NCBI GenBank assembly: GCA_964016885.1
Contig: OZ024743.1
Location: 166,904,001-166,968,000 of the forward strand
Direction: 5' to 3'
DNA: 64,000 bases
DNA from: Eledone cirrhosa
Lineage: Eukaryota
Part shown: one piece after another, positions 14,251 through 26,979 of the stretch
How the letters are laid out: each line of letters begins with the position of its first letter
Position numbering within the stretch: position 1 is the first letter of the stretch
Made by a program: the position numbers and the translations under genes
The notes under the pieces: generated by a model
The model's database searches: none
Told to the model about the DNA's origin: nothing
What the model saw: only the letters and a program-made list of their open reading frames with translations

Positions 14251-14922
14251 TCATCATCATCATCATCCTCATCACCGTTTTACGTCCGTTCTTCCACGCT
14301 AGCATGGGTTAGACGGGTTGTCCTGTTGTGGGCAGTGTCTGGTCGGCTGACCATGCCTTGCTCATACAGGAACTATTTGGCTTGATTTCTACAGCTGGAT
14401 GCCCTTCCTAACACCAACCTCATTTACAGTGAGTGCTGGGTGCTTTTTCGTGGCACCTACACGTCCACTTTACAGTGTGGGCTGGGTGCTTTTTTGCCGT
14501 GGCACCTCCACAACCACCTTGCAGTAGGGGGTGTGGGGGCATATTGTCTATATGCTTCAGCTTGTACCCATGGGAGGTCGGGTACTCTGTATTACTGTGT
14601 GACGCCAGAGGTCACGGTCGTGTGTCATCGCCTTTGAGAGGTGTAATTGGGTAAGGTCGGCTTTTATCACCTCATCCCAGGTCATCTTGGGTCTCCCCAC
14701 TCCACGGTTTCCATCAACTTCTAGTGCTCTGCACCTTTTTATGCAGCTGTCATCCTTCATACGTATCACATGTCAATAGCAACGCAACCGCCTCTCCTGC
14801 ACACAGCATTTGATTCCTCTTATGCTCAGTCTCTCTCTCAATTCATTTATGGTTTGTCGGTCGCGTATATTACTATTACACATACATCGGAGCATGCAGG
14901 CTTCGTTTCTCTCCAATCTACG

Positions 14923-14925
<3 letters not shown>
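14251..14925 (-). mobile_element. 5'-truncated RTE LINE inserted in (TA)n
   Basis: Closely matches 46789-47460; TA repeats on both sides. Confidence 0.9.
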
Positions 14926-14969
<44 letters not shown>

Positions 14970-14998
14970 AAAGAATAGAGGTGTAACACACAAGTTAT

Positions 14999-15407
14999 TA
15001 TATATTGGTAAACGGAATAGAAAACGCTGACAAATTGTTCACAGTTGAAAAATGGTTTAATTAGGAATAAAAGAGTATTAGTGATTGTATGGGTTAGTAT
15101 TCAGTTGTGGTTTTAAGTTTTTAAGTTTTTACCGGTTGCGCATTTCTAAATGCTTTTCAAAAATAATTTTGAGATAGAGTGTCCGTGCTGTTTGCTCTGA
15201 TCTGATCAGAGCAAACAGCACGGACACTCTATCTCAAAATTATTTTTGAAAAGCATTTAGAAATGCGCAACCGGTAAAAACTTAAAAACTTAAAACCACA
15301 ACTGAATACTAACCCATACAATCACTAATACTCTTTTATTCCTAATTAAACCATTTTTCAACTGTGAACAATTTGTCAGCATTTTCTATTCCGTTTACCA
15401 ATATATA
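14999..15407. repeat. Fold-back inverted repeat (~204-bp arms, 1-nt loop at 15203), Penelope-terminus-like
   Basis: gctctgatc-t-gatcagagc centre; arms near-perfect; TA microsatellite on both sides. Confidence 0.95.
15243..15279 (+). ncRNA. Hammerhead-like motif with variant core UUGAAAA
   Basis: ttt-TTGAAAA-gcatt(taga)aatgc-GCAA-ccgg-TA-aaa; the GAAA is altered to GCAA. Confidence 0.5.
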
Positions 15408-15477
15408 TATATATATATATATATATAGTATAAAAGAGAAAACACAGGTAAGCATTAAGAGAAGGATTTTATCCGGG

Positions 15478-15578
15478 TATTTACGACCGTTTCATTGGTA
15501 AGTGCAACCTTATATTGCTATACTGCAAATAGCAGCCACTCAATTATAATTGTTGTTCACGTCCAAATTTTCAAAATA
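15478..15578 (-). ncRNA. Hammerhead-like motif with variant core UUGAAAA and long imperfect stem II
   Basis: Minus strand: tatt-TTGAAAA-tttgg...ccaat-GAAA-cggtcg-TA-aata. Confidence 0.45.
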
Positions 15579-15904
15579 GTGAGTAAGTTACTCTTGAAAT
15601 AGTTCTTAATATATAGAGAAAAACATTTATTTGGAATTGTATTTACTAGTATAGAGAGAGAGGAATCAGGTGAGAGGACAGACGGCATAGTATAGAGAGG
15701 GAGGAAGGGGGAAGAGGTAGGAAGTAGAATGACAAACTGAGGTGGAGGTAGGGGTAGAGGTGGAAGGATTCTTTGGTCAGTTTTGATAGCAGACATCATG
15801 TCGTGGAGTGTAGTGAGTTAAAGAGAATTAAATAGATAATAGTGGGAGGGATGGATAGAGAGGGAGAGAGAGAGAGGAGGGGGGGGGGAGATATAAAGAG
15901 ATAA

Positions 15905-15936
<32 letters not shown>

Positions 15937-15962
15937 ATACATACACATACACACATATACAA

Positions 15963-16025
<63 letters not shown>

Positions 16026-16235
16026 TATATATACATACACACACACACCAGGGCTCCGTCCTTAGCCCCTTCCTGTTTATTATTGTCCTACAGGCTATAA
16101 CAAAAGGGTTTGAAACTGGCTTTCTTAACCAATAACTGGATTACAATAAGCAATTTTTTGCTTCTCTAACTATATACATATATATACATACACATATATA
16201 TATACATAAATATATACATAAATATATACATATAC

Positions 16236-16269
<34 letters not shown>

Positions 16270-16279
16270 ATATTACTTA

Positions 16280-17962
16280 ACTGATTAGAGACTGAATTGA
16301 TCTAGATGAAATACAGTTTGGGTTTGTGCCAGGTAAAAGCACCACAGATGCTCTTTTCCTTGTACGGAAACTACAGGAGAAGAACCTAGCTAAAAATGAA
16401 CCTCTCTACTTAGCTTTTGTGGACTTGGAGAAAGCCTTTGACAGAGTCCCACACACCTTAACCTGGTGGGCTCTTAGAAAACTGGGAGTAGATGAATGGC
16501 TTGTGAGAGCTATACAAGCCATGTGTAGAGGAACAGTCAGCAAGGTTAGAATTAACAATGACTATAGTGAAGAATTTAGCGTAATAGTAAGGGTTTACCA
16601 GGGCTCCGTCCTTAGCCCCTTCCTGTCCTACAGGCTATAACAGAAGGGTTTGAGACTGGTTGCCTATGGGAACTTCTATATGCAGATAATCTAACTCTCA
16701 TAGTTGAATCTATGGCTGAACTGGAGAAGTTCCAAACATGGAAGCATGGCCTAGAATCAAAAGGTCTTAGAGTTGACTTGTCTAAGACTAAAGTTCTAGT
16801 ATGTAGAAAGGAAAATTTGGGCACAGGTGCCCTCTGGGAAATGGCCATGCTCAGTGTGTAAGAAAGGAGTAGGTAGAAATTCCATTCTATGCCCCAAATA
16901 CAAACTATGGGTACATAAATGATGTAGTGGGATCAGAGGTAAGCTATCTAAGAATGTAGATTTTATATGTGGCTGATGCGCAGTGCAGTAAGTAGCAAGG
17001 ACCCACTGGATGTTATCTCTTTCAACTGCCCAGATGGTTCTATAGAAATAGTAGACACTTTCCGTTACCTGGGTGACAAAATCAGCAGTGGAGGAGGGTG
17101 CTCTGAAAGTGTAGTAGCCAGAGTTAGAACAGGATGGAAAAAGTTCAGAGAGCTAATACCGCTGTTGGCCACAAGGGGTTTTTCTCTCAAAGTGAAAGGC
17201 AGATTGTATGATGCTTGTATACGAACGGCAATATTACATGGTGGTAAGACCTGGGCGTTGTGTGCTGATGACTTGCGTAGATTAGAAAGAAATGAAGCTC
17301 TCATGCTCCGATGCATGTGTAATAGTAATGTGCGCGAACGGCAAAGCATAAATGAATTGAGAGAGAGACTAAGCATAAGAGGTATCAAATGTTGTATTCT
17401 GGAGAGGAGATTGCATTGGTATATCATGTGATGTGTATGAAGGATGACAGCTGTATAAAAACGTGCAGGGTAATGAAAATTGATGGCAGCTACGGAGTGG
17501 GTAGACCAAGAAAAACCTGGGACGAGGTCATAAAAACTGACCTTGCTCACTTACACCTCTCTAAGACAATGTCACTGGATCGAGATCTTTGGCACTATGC
17601 AGTTGTACAGAAGACCCGCCTTCCCTTGTATACAAACCTACAGTCAGTAGGCACCTCTTAACCCAATGTACACCCCACCCTACACACCCTACCCTATCGC
17701 CCCATTTCCATCCACTGTGTTTGAGACACAACAAAAAGCACCCAGTCAAAACGGCAAAGTGTAGGAGACATAGTAAAAAGGTTCCCAGTCCACACTGTAA
17801 AAGTGGTTGGTGTTAGGAAGGGCATCCAGCCATAGAAAAACTGCCAGAGACACTTCCGTACAAGCGAGATACAGTCTCCCAACTAATTCCGCATCAAATG
17901 GAACAAACCGTCTAACCCATGCTAGCGTGGAAGATGGACATTAAACGATGATGATGATGATG
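16280..17962 (+). mobile_element. RTE LINE 3' portion (RT, C-terminus, 3' UTR), degraded
   Basis: ORF 16326..16640 (FVDLEKAFDRVP, QGSVLSP), ORF 16967..17431, (GAT)n tail. Confidence 0.9.
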
Positions 17963-18150
17963 ATATACATACATCTCTGAGAAAGAGAGTGAGAGTCTTG
18001 AGTCGGAGACCTCTAAACATGGGAGTATCCAATGCATGGGGAGTTTGCAGAGTGGGTATAGAGATATGTAAAATTCTGACTGTGGTACCAAGCGATTTCA
18101 GCTTGTATGACACACAAGCCGAAAACCAGCACCACGGTCGGGATTTTGCA

Positions 18151-18188
<38 letters not shown>

Positions 18189-18289
18189 CATACATATAAT
18201 TTGCGTACACCTTATTCTATTGTCTACTGGTTATATTATATTTCACATGCCAATAGCTAATGACTATTTATTACTTTTTATCAATCATT

Positions 18290-18380
18290 AATTGCTTTTT
18301 AATCCTTACGGGGTCGATAAAATAAAGTACCAGTAATGTATTGGGTAATTGCTGGCCTTGTGCAAAAAGTAGAAAGAATT
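18290..18380 (+). mobile_element. SINE 3' fragment
   Basis: gtcgataaaataaagtaccagtaatg...gctggccttgtg. Confidence 0.75.
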
Positions 18381-18594
18381 CATTGCTTTTTACTTCTTTT
18401 ACGTCTTTATTTACCCCCCTCCCCTGTAATTTATTTACTTCTTAACCTTTGTTATAGTTCATTTATATTATAATAACTAACACTGGGGATCATACATACT
18501 ATCTATTGTAAAATTTACCATTAATTTACACATTTTTCTATATTTTTATAATTTTCATATTTTATCTTATAGTATACAATTATAGGATAGTATT

Positions 18595-19440
18595 GTTTGA
18601 ATCTTTAATGCCCCAGCTAAGATTTCTTGGTTTAGTCTTTAGTTTTTCAGAATAGCATGATATAACTTGTTGGGTGGTAGGTTATTCAGCTCCTCAATGT
18701 TGTACATTTGCTTAAGTTTGTCTGATTTAACAAGTTTTTTGGATTCAGCCTTTGCCATTCTATATTGGGCTGTTGTGTGGCCACATTCTCTTCTGATTCT
18801 ATGTTTTTCAAAAACAATGCCAATCTCCAACCAGTAATCTACAACCAGTAAATTGCTTAAGTTATGGAGTTTGTATATCTCGGTCACAAACTATCATCAA
18901 ACAACAATGGAATGGTTGCTGCGCAGTATTGGTTGGGCAGCTTTCAACAAGAACAAGGAAGTACTAACATCAAAACAAGTTTCATATCAGTTGAAGGCTA
19001 AGATCTTTGATACTTACATCCTACCAGTTGTGTTATATGGTCTTGACTGTGTTAATTGGATGACAAGGTCACTTCAGAAGCGCTCTACATTCCAGAACCA
19101 CATCATGAGACTTATGACTGGCAAGCGACTCAGCGACCGTATCTGTATCAGTGAGCTGCTCAACATTACCAGACTTAGACCAATTACATCAATTGTCAAG
19201 TCAAGAGTACTCAAACTATATGGTCATATAAAAAGATCAACTCGTGGTGTGAGTAGGTTATACCTGGAAGGAAGGTTGGCCGGTAAGAGAAGCCAATACG
19301 ATGGCTTGACAATGTCAACTTATGGCCTGAACTTGATCTTTGCTCTTTGAACTCTGCTGCTGGTGATCAAACTTGTGGAGAGAGATATTTCATGTTGATG
19401 CGCAGTCTGCAACTGGCGGAGTTTAGTGTTACAAGAAGAA
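18595..19440 (+). mobile_element. RTE-like LINE fragment of a different family with an inverted 5' piece
   Basis: ORF 18853..19350 (IGWAAF..LKAKIFDTYILPVVLYG..LKLYGHIKR) on +; adjacent minus-strand piece resembling an APE-RT linker. Confidence 0.65.
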
Positions 19441-19517
19441 TATAATTATATTATACTCCACATTATATTCCATGTGCAATCTGATATTAAGCGACTCAAT
19501 ATCAGCTATTGATAGTA

Positions 19518-19707
19518 ATAATTGTTTCTATATTAGGCACAAGGCCAGCAATTACCCAGTACATTACTGGTACTTTATTTTATCGACCCCGTAAAGATGA
19601 AAGGCAAAGTTAACCTCAGCGGGATTTGAACTCAGATCATAAAGGGACGTAACTCTATGCTTCAAAGCATGGTGTCCGACTCTCTAACGATACTGTCAAT
19701 CCACCGC
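19518..19707 (-). mobile_element. tRNA-derived SINE
   Basis: Same family as 5468 and 7189. Confidence 0.85.
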
Positions 19708-19829
19708 TATTGATAGTAATAATAGCAATTGATAGCAGGTGTGGAGGAAGGATTCTTATTACGAAGTCGGCGGATGATTTGTAAGAACACTTTATTTGCT
19801 GAAGTTGGATTCTAGCTTCACCCCAAAGT

Positions 19830-20470
19830 CCTCCCAGCTTTGGACACTTTTACTGTCTCTGCTGCAATTTTTCATGCCTGCTTGTACCCCAAGTGCAAGA
19901 TGGATGATTTATTTCCAAGCCAAGCTTTGTAAGGATCATTCTTTGCTCGGATGGCATCTTTGAATTTTAGATTGAACCAAGGAGTCTTCCTGCCATCCGG
20001 CACCACACCAAGCTTCTTTCGCCCACAACATTTAACAGCTGAAGCAGAAATTGCTGCGCTGAACAATCTCCACTGTCACAATGTCCTCAGTTTGTTCAGG
20101 GAGTTCTCTGAATTTAGATGCAATAGTATCTGCATACCTGGTCCTGACTTCTTATCCACTAACGCTTCCCACTTTATCCTGTAGGTCACCCTGGATCTGC
20201 CAGGTTCATGGATTCTTTGGTTTTCGCTAGTCTCAAGTTGCAGATAACTAGATGATCAGTTGACAGCTGAGCCCCTCTCTTAACACTAACATCTAGCACA
20301 GAATCAGAGATCAGAGAAAATAACAAAATCAATTATTGATCTCTGTCCCTGATTCGCATGTATATTTATGGGTGTCTCTGTGGTGTTCATAATAAAGAGT
20401 CTATTGCTGGAACAGAAGTCTAGTCAGGCCTCTCCATTCATATTTAGATCAGGGTCACCATGGGGCGAAA
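19830..20470 (-). mobile_element. Expander/Rex3-like RTE fragment (end of APE and linker)
   Basis: AAISASAVKCCGRKKLGVVPDGRKTPWFN..KDAIRAK..AW motif. Confidence 0.6.
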
Positions 20471-20859
20471 CTGCCCAAGTCCATCTCAATGGCTGATGAC
20501 CATGGAGTTCTGTGTCCTTCGTTTGTATATTTAAAAAAAAAATTAATGATTTCCCCTTAAAAAATTGTTTTTCGTTTTGTTTTGTTTCTGTTGTCTTGTC
20601 CTTTCTTTGTTAATTTTCTTAAGTTTAAATATATATATATATATATATATTCACATATATTGTCATAATGTATGTACACCTATCTCTCACGCTCCAACTC
20701 TATTGACCACATCTCTTACACCACTACACCCCCTCTCCTCATAGATTAATCAGCCACCCCTACCCTTTACTCATTGCCCTGCCAAATCCCCACAAACACC
20801 TATAACTTCATACCTATCTCCCTCCCCTATTGCCCCCTCCCCAGTGCCAAGAGGGCTCT

Positions 20860-21440
20860 ACAGTTAGTTCTCAGACCATCTCTAGTGATGGTTGTCACAA
20901 AAATGCACTCTGTACACTGGCGACAGGAAGGGCACCCCACTGTAGAAACCATGCCTAAAGTGTTGAGAGGCCCCTTTAATTGTGTCAAAGACACAACAAT
21001 CTCTCTAGTGTTGGTGGTCTACACAATAAACACACCCTGCACATGCTGTAAAGTGGTTCGTGATAGAAAGGGAATCCATCTGTAGAAAACTTGCCAAAAA
21101 AGGGTTGTGAGGACCCCTTAGTTGTATCAAGGACATGACAGCCTCCCTAGTGCTGGTGATCCACACAATAAAAGCACCCAGTAAATACTGTAAATTGATT
21201 GGTGATAGTAAGGGCATCCAGCCATAGAAAGCTTGTCAAATAAGGAGTTAGAAGAACCCTTCAATTTGTATCAAAAGATATGACAAATCTCTGCCCTCGA
21301 TATTACCATATGTAAGCAGGATGCAGACCCCTCAGTCTGTCTGGGAAGTCAGTAGCCCTGCTTCAATATTGACTTGGTCTATGTAACCCGGCTCAACTCT
21401 TGCTAACAGGGAAAGCGGACATTAAATGATGATGATGAAG
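20860..21440 (+). mobile_element. RTE-tail-derived element with internal subrepeats
   Basis: Repeated ggaagggcatccagccatagaa-like units; ends ggaaagcggacattaaatgatgatgatg. Confidence 0.6.
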
Positions 21441-21660
21441 TAGAGGATCGACCGCGAGCTCAGCTAGTTGGCGCTTCTCGATGTAATGCTAAAACTCCCT
21501 CCGCACGTGGCTGATCCTCTACTTCACTAATATACCCACTCTGCATCTTCCTAGTCCCCATACCGCAAACTATCAATATATATCCTGAAATGGGGGGGGG
21601 GGGGGGGGGCATAAAACAGGACAGAATTGGAAAGGATTGATAGATAGATTGATAGAGGGA

Positions 21661-21950
21661 CATCATCATCATTATCATAACTGTTTAATGCCCATTTTTC
21701 CATGCTAACATTGGTTAGATGAGTTGTCCCATTGTGAGACAAGCCATGTCTTGCTTATATGGAACTGGTTTGGGGTTGGTTTCTACAGCTGGATACCCTT
21801 CCTAACACCAACCACATTTACAGTGTATGCTAGGTGTTTTTGTTGTGACACCTACATGATCACTTCACAGTGTGAACTGGCCGCTTTTTCTCGTAACACC
21901 TACACAACCACTTTACAGAGTGGACTGGGTGCTTTTTGTCATGACACCAA
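21661..21950 (-). mobile_element. RTE 3' tail fragment
   Basis: catcatcat...ccatgctaacattggttaga...cccttcctaacaccaacc. Confidence 0.7.
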
Positions 21951-22154
21951 AAATGACCTCTTACATATTGATAGCTACATAGATAGAAAAAACGTCATCG
22001 TAATTTAGTGGATATGTGTTTATAGAAAATTATTATACTTGATTTAAATGATTGCAAAATGAAACACAATGGTGGCTGGAGTGACAACAGGCTGAAAGTC
22101 AAGGAAAATTGATGATTCAAGTAGCTTTACATAGAATATTGTAATCATGGAACT

Positions 22155-22545
22155 CTTCTTTTTCTTCTCCCACTTATTCCTGAGAGGGTCGTGGAGGCAG
22201 AGTCCTCAAACACTCTTTCCAGAGAGACCTGTCAGAAGCAACTGTCACCAACTAATCCGATTAGATCCCCAAGTGAGTCCAGCCGAGCTCATGGATGTTA
22301 ACCAACCGTCTTGCTTGGGGTCTACTCCTGGGTCTCCTGCTGGTTGGTTTTGCTCATAAGATCTGTCTAGCAATTCTTTCCTGAGATATTCTAACCACAT
22401 GCTTGTAATATTGGAGCTGTGATCTCTCAATTCAGAGAAGTAGCAGTTCTACCTGGAGTGACTCTCTGCTATGCTTTCTATGAAGTAAAGTTACTCCAAA
22501 GACCCTTCAGATGAATCCCATTTTGGCCGCTTGTATTCATGATTG
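22155..22545 (-). mobile_element. Expander/Rex3-like RTE 3' end
   Basis: Degenerate RT C-terminal coding (RP.GRPRTRW-like) followed by a GAA-type tail. Confidence 0.5.
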
Positions 22546-23286
22546 AATTATTTTATTTAATAATTCATTTAATGGAATTATTTAATTTAAAAATTGATTT
22601 AAGGGAGTTATTAAATTAAATAATGTTTACTATGCACCCTGTTATTTTTATGGGTACTATGTTAGTATATATAAATGCATACCATGCAGCTCTGTTACCA
22701 CTACACCAAAATGACACTGACCATTTTTTTCTTTAATTTAAACTATATCAATCAGCTAGGATAAACAATTTCTTTTTTGAACCATTAAGTGAGTTGCAAA
22801 TTTTGAATTTAAAGAATATGATGGGTGTCTAAGTCCTATGGGTGATGTCTTCTTTTTGGTATGCAAGGGGCTTATATGTCTAACTTATTGGGCTATTTTT
22901 CATAGTAAAAAAACGTGCATTGAAGCTGTTAACTTTTAACATCCTGTAATGATTAAGTATAAAATATCTTTAAAAAACAGGTTTGTTAATTCAAATATTT
23001 ACAGTATCTTTACTGGTAGCACAGATTATTGTGAAAATTTGCAATACTAGACTAAAGATTTTAATTTTTAATGTGATACAGTCTAGTGTTCTTTTCTACT
23101 TTTCAAGAATATCTGGTACAGGATGTTAAGAGCTAAACTAAAGATTGAGAAATCTATAATAAATAATCATGAAACTCTAAGCAGAATAACTGACAGAGTG
23201 GTTAGAGTGTGGGATAGAATGACTCATATTATCCCCACTAAAGAGTTAAGAGACGTTTACATATAAATTTCCATCTATGTACTTAC

Positions 23287-23380
23287 AACTTGTGATGCAT
23301 TGTTAATGAATACCAAATAGGGCCAAGCAGAATCAACATTAAAATCACCTTCATCATATTTTCCACTCAGTGCAGTAATT
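23287..23380 (-). CDS. TMEM184C: Coding exon of TMEM184C-like protein ([31 protein letters not shown])
   Basis: 94 nt flanked by tttcag and gtaagt; Y.EG.F....AW.YL..INN.SQ motif; phases match both neighbouring exons. Confidence 0.9.
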
Positions 23381-23855
23381 CTGAAAGGAAAATAACAAAA
23401 AAAAAAACCACAAACAAAATAATGCAGAAAAATTAATTAACAGCTATTTTCACACACATACACAAAAACAGCAAACAAAATAATACACACACATACAAAC
23501 AGACATAAACTAAATAGAGAAAATTAAATTAATAGCTATTTGCATACACATTCACATAAACACACATGTATACAAACACAAATAAAATAATAGAGAAAAT
23601 TAAATTACTAGTTATTTTTACACACACACAAATATATACACAAATATATATACACAAACAGACAAAAACTAGAAAAAGAGCTTCTATGCAGTCTTGTTTG
23701 AACAAGAGATCCTGTACATGATTGCTAAAATTAACAGCCAAATTGCTATCAAATCATATCTTATCATTATAAAATATGTAGGACACATAAGATAATGTGA
23801 TCCTAGATAGACCAGAACTGAAAAAAAAAGACACAATTGTCATAGCAGGACCATC

Positions 23856-24802
23856 ATGATCATAGGTCTGAATGATCAAGGTCTGAATGATCATAGGTCT
23901 GAATGATCAAGGTCTGAATGATCAAGGTATGAATGATCAAGGTATGAATGATCAAGGTCTGAATGATCAAGGTCTGAATGATCAAGGTCTGAATGATCAA
24001 GGTCTGAATGATCAAGGTATGAATGATCAAGGTATGAATGATCAAGGTTTGAATGATCAAGGTCTGAATGATCAAGGTATGAATGATCAAGGTTTGAATG
24101 ATCAAGGTCTGAATGATCAAGGTCTGAATGATCAAGGTTTGAATGATCAAGGTCTGAATGATCAAGGTCTGAATGATCAAGGTATGAATGATCAAGGTAT
24201 GAATGATCAAGGTTTGAATGATCAAGGTCTGAATGATCAAGGTCTGAATGATCAAGGTCTGAATGATCAAGGTATGAATGATCAAGGTCTGAATGATCAA
24301 GGTCTGAATGATCATAGGTCTGAATGATCATAGGTCTGAATGATCATAGGTCTGAATGATCATAGGTCTGAATGATCATAGGTCTGAATGATCATAGGTC
24401 TGAATGATCATAGGTCTGAATGATCAAGGTCTGAATGATCAAGGTTTGAATGATCAAGGTCTGAATGATCATAGGTCTGAATGATCATAGGTCTGAATGA
24501 TCATAGGTCTGAATGATCATAGGTCTGAATGATCATAGGTCTGAATGATCATAGGTCTGAATGATCAAGGTCTGAATGATCAAGGTTTGAATGATCAAGG
24601 TCTGAATGATCATAGGTCTGAATGATCATAGGTCTGAATGATCAAGGTCTGAATGATCATAGGTCTGAATGATCATAGGTCTGAATGATCATAGGTCTGA
24701 ATGATCATAGGTCTGAATGATCATAGGTCTGAATGATCATAGGTCTGAATGATCAAGGTCTGAATGATCAAGGTCTGAATGATCATAGGTATGAATGATC
24801 AA
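23856..24802. repeat. Minisatellite of 15-bp (ggtctgaatgatcaa) and 16-bp (ggtctgaatgatcata) units, about 60 copies
   Basis: Directly visible tandem array. Confidence 0.98.
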
Positions 24803-25035
24803 CACTAAAATCCTACCAACTTTTCAACAGCAAATCCTTACTACTGTAATCCTTTTGTTCCCATATTTCTAATGAAAGATATTGCCTATGATTGTCAAAT
24901 AGTTTTGAAAACAATAAAGAATTTGAAAAAATGTATATATTTAATAAAATTAATGATAGGATGATGAGAGAAATATCAACAAACTCTAGTAATAGACATA
25001 AATCAAACAAGGAATGATACTTTAATCAGACTTAC

Positions 25036-25110
25036 AAAGCTAACACTGTTGTGGTTGGTCGAATAATTGTATACTGCAAGACTCCATGTTTGCAATTTCT
25101 GACGAATTTA
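25036..25110 (-). CDS. TMEM184C: Coding exon of TMEM184C-like protein (KFVRNCKHGVLQYTIIRPTTTVLAL)
   Basis: 75 nt flanked by tttcttgcag and gtaagt; CK.GVLQY..VRP.TT motif of TMEM184. Confidence 0.9.
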
Positions 25111-25159
25111 CTGCAAGAAAAATTTTAAATAAAGTAAATGTATTCACCAAGTTAACACA

Positions 25160-25480
25160 ACTGGTTTCAGTCATTAGACTGTTATATTATGTTGAAGCAC
25201 CATCTTCATTTAGTTGATCAAATCGATGACCGTACTTATTTTTTCAAGTCTGTTTCTTGTCTTATTAATGTCAACTCACTGTTTTGGAACATAAATACAA
25301 ACATAGTTACAAACACAAACATTGACACACACATACATATACAACTTTCTTCTGCAGTTTCCATCTACTAAATTTCACTCACAAGGCATTGGTCAACCCA
25401 TGGTGCTATACAGTGGCAATAAATCTAGAATGATGTGGTTCTGAAGTGATCTCCTTAACCACACAGCCATGCGTGCACCT
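25160..25480 (-). mobile_element. Degraded tRNA-derived SINE
   Basis: Minus-strand head aggtgcacgcatggctgtgtggttaag; internal aataagtac..tcgatttgatc. Confidence 0.6.
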
Positions 25481-25830
25481 ATGCATATTGATTTTATTAT
25501 GTTCAATAATTGCTATTCTTTGAAACTTTTACTAGTTTCTGTCACTGGGCTGCAGAAAAACGCTACTTATTTCTTTGACCTCATAAAGAGAAAAGGTAAA
25601 GTTGAGCTAGATATGGGAAGCAATGAGTGGTTTGATAGGTTGCAGCTTGTCTCAATGAAGAGGGCAGTAAGATATGAAATGTTGAGTACAAAATGGTGTA
25701 TATGTATTAAATGGTAGGAAGGGAATGAGGGAAAGTGAGAGAGAATCAAGTATGGAAAGCAGTGTATTAAATTTGTAGATGTATATGTGCATTGTGAAGT
25801 AGTGCTTATGTGAAGGTGCATGGCTTAGAG

Positions 25831-26454
25831 CAGGGGCTGGCAACCTTTTGGGGTGTGCGGTCATCGGCGGGCCACATGAGAACATATATAAAAACGAATT
25901 CAGTAATATGATAAAATACTGACATTTTTAATAAACTGTGACAAAACCACGATACCTGACAGTGTATTTAGATCAGGGTTGCTATTTGTTTGATGAAAAA
26001 ATTTTCTTCTAATAATACTGAACACTTTTAACATAGAAAAATAAACATTGATTATTATCGAGTACAGTCATTTACAGTTGTTTTAAATTTTGCGGATGAA
26101 ATGAAATAACTGTATGCCAGACATACTGACTTGTTTTAGGTAAGTCTGGGTCATTCTACATCCCTGCCATACACATACTATGTATGCACGTACATACATG
26201 AATACATGCACGCACAATTTCCTTGACCTCGATGTCTGACTATTCTATCTGTCAGACTTTGACTGTCATGCCAAAAATTACGTTCAGCTGAGTCTTGTGG
26301 CAAGATATGTTATCTAGTCGGTATTCTAATCCCAAATAATTCAGAGCTTTTTTCATGGATTTTACTTAGCCTAAGATTGAAACCTGTTGGCGAGCTAGAC
26401 AAAAATCCTTTGCGGGCCGGATGTGGCCCGCGGGCCAGGGGTTGCCGACCACTG
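25831..26454. mobile_element. hAT (Charlie-type) non-autonomous element
   Basis: TIRs caggggctggcaacc / ggttgccgaccactg, subterminal gcgggcc motifs, imperfect 8-bp TSD gcttagag / gcctaggg. Confidence 0.85.
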
Positions 26455-26979
26455 GCCTAGGGTGTTAGACTCAATTTTTAGATTGGGCCGTGTTCTTGAG
26501 CAAGATGCTTCATTTCTTGTTGATTTCCATGATAGAACTGGAGTCCTTATCGCTAATACACCCTGAAACCGTCTATGTAATGCAATTAAGTATGAGGCCA
26601 GCTAAACTTGCATGGGTGTGAGAAGTAAATTCCATTTCTCATTTATTTTATTTCAAATAGTGGTTGTAGTAAGGGAGATAACTCCCAATTTTCTTGAATG
26701 AGTAAAATTTATTTACTTCTGGCTCTAGATAATTCCTAATTTGAACAGAGGCAGTTATCAACTTCCATTTGGCATAAAGATTAACACATTTAGCTGGAAT
26801 TCTAGAAATATAGAGGTCGATTCTCTACAGTGACTGCTGGTCACATATTTTCTGCCCCTAAGACTATTTTATCATATTTTCTAACCCTACTATCATTGTA
26901 GTGAATCAGAGTTTGGATTTTAACATTTCTAGTTTCAAATCATTCAAACACTCGATAAATTGTAAGGTTTATATATGTA

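Noticed and set aside
23860-24331. Pentapeptide-repeat ORFs (NDQGL, IIQTL, DHSDL)
   Set aside because: By-product of a 15-bp unit; the frame is broken by 16-mers and the array is intronic
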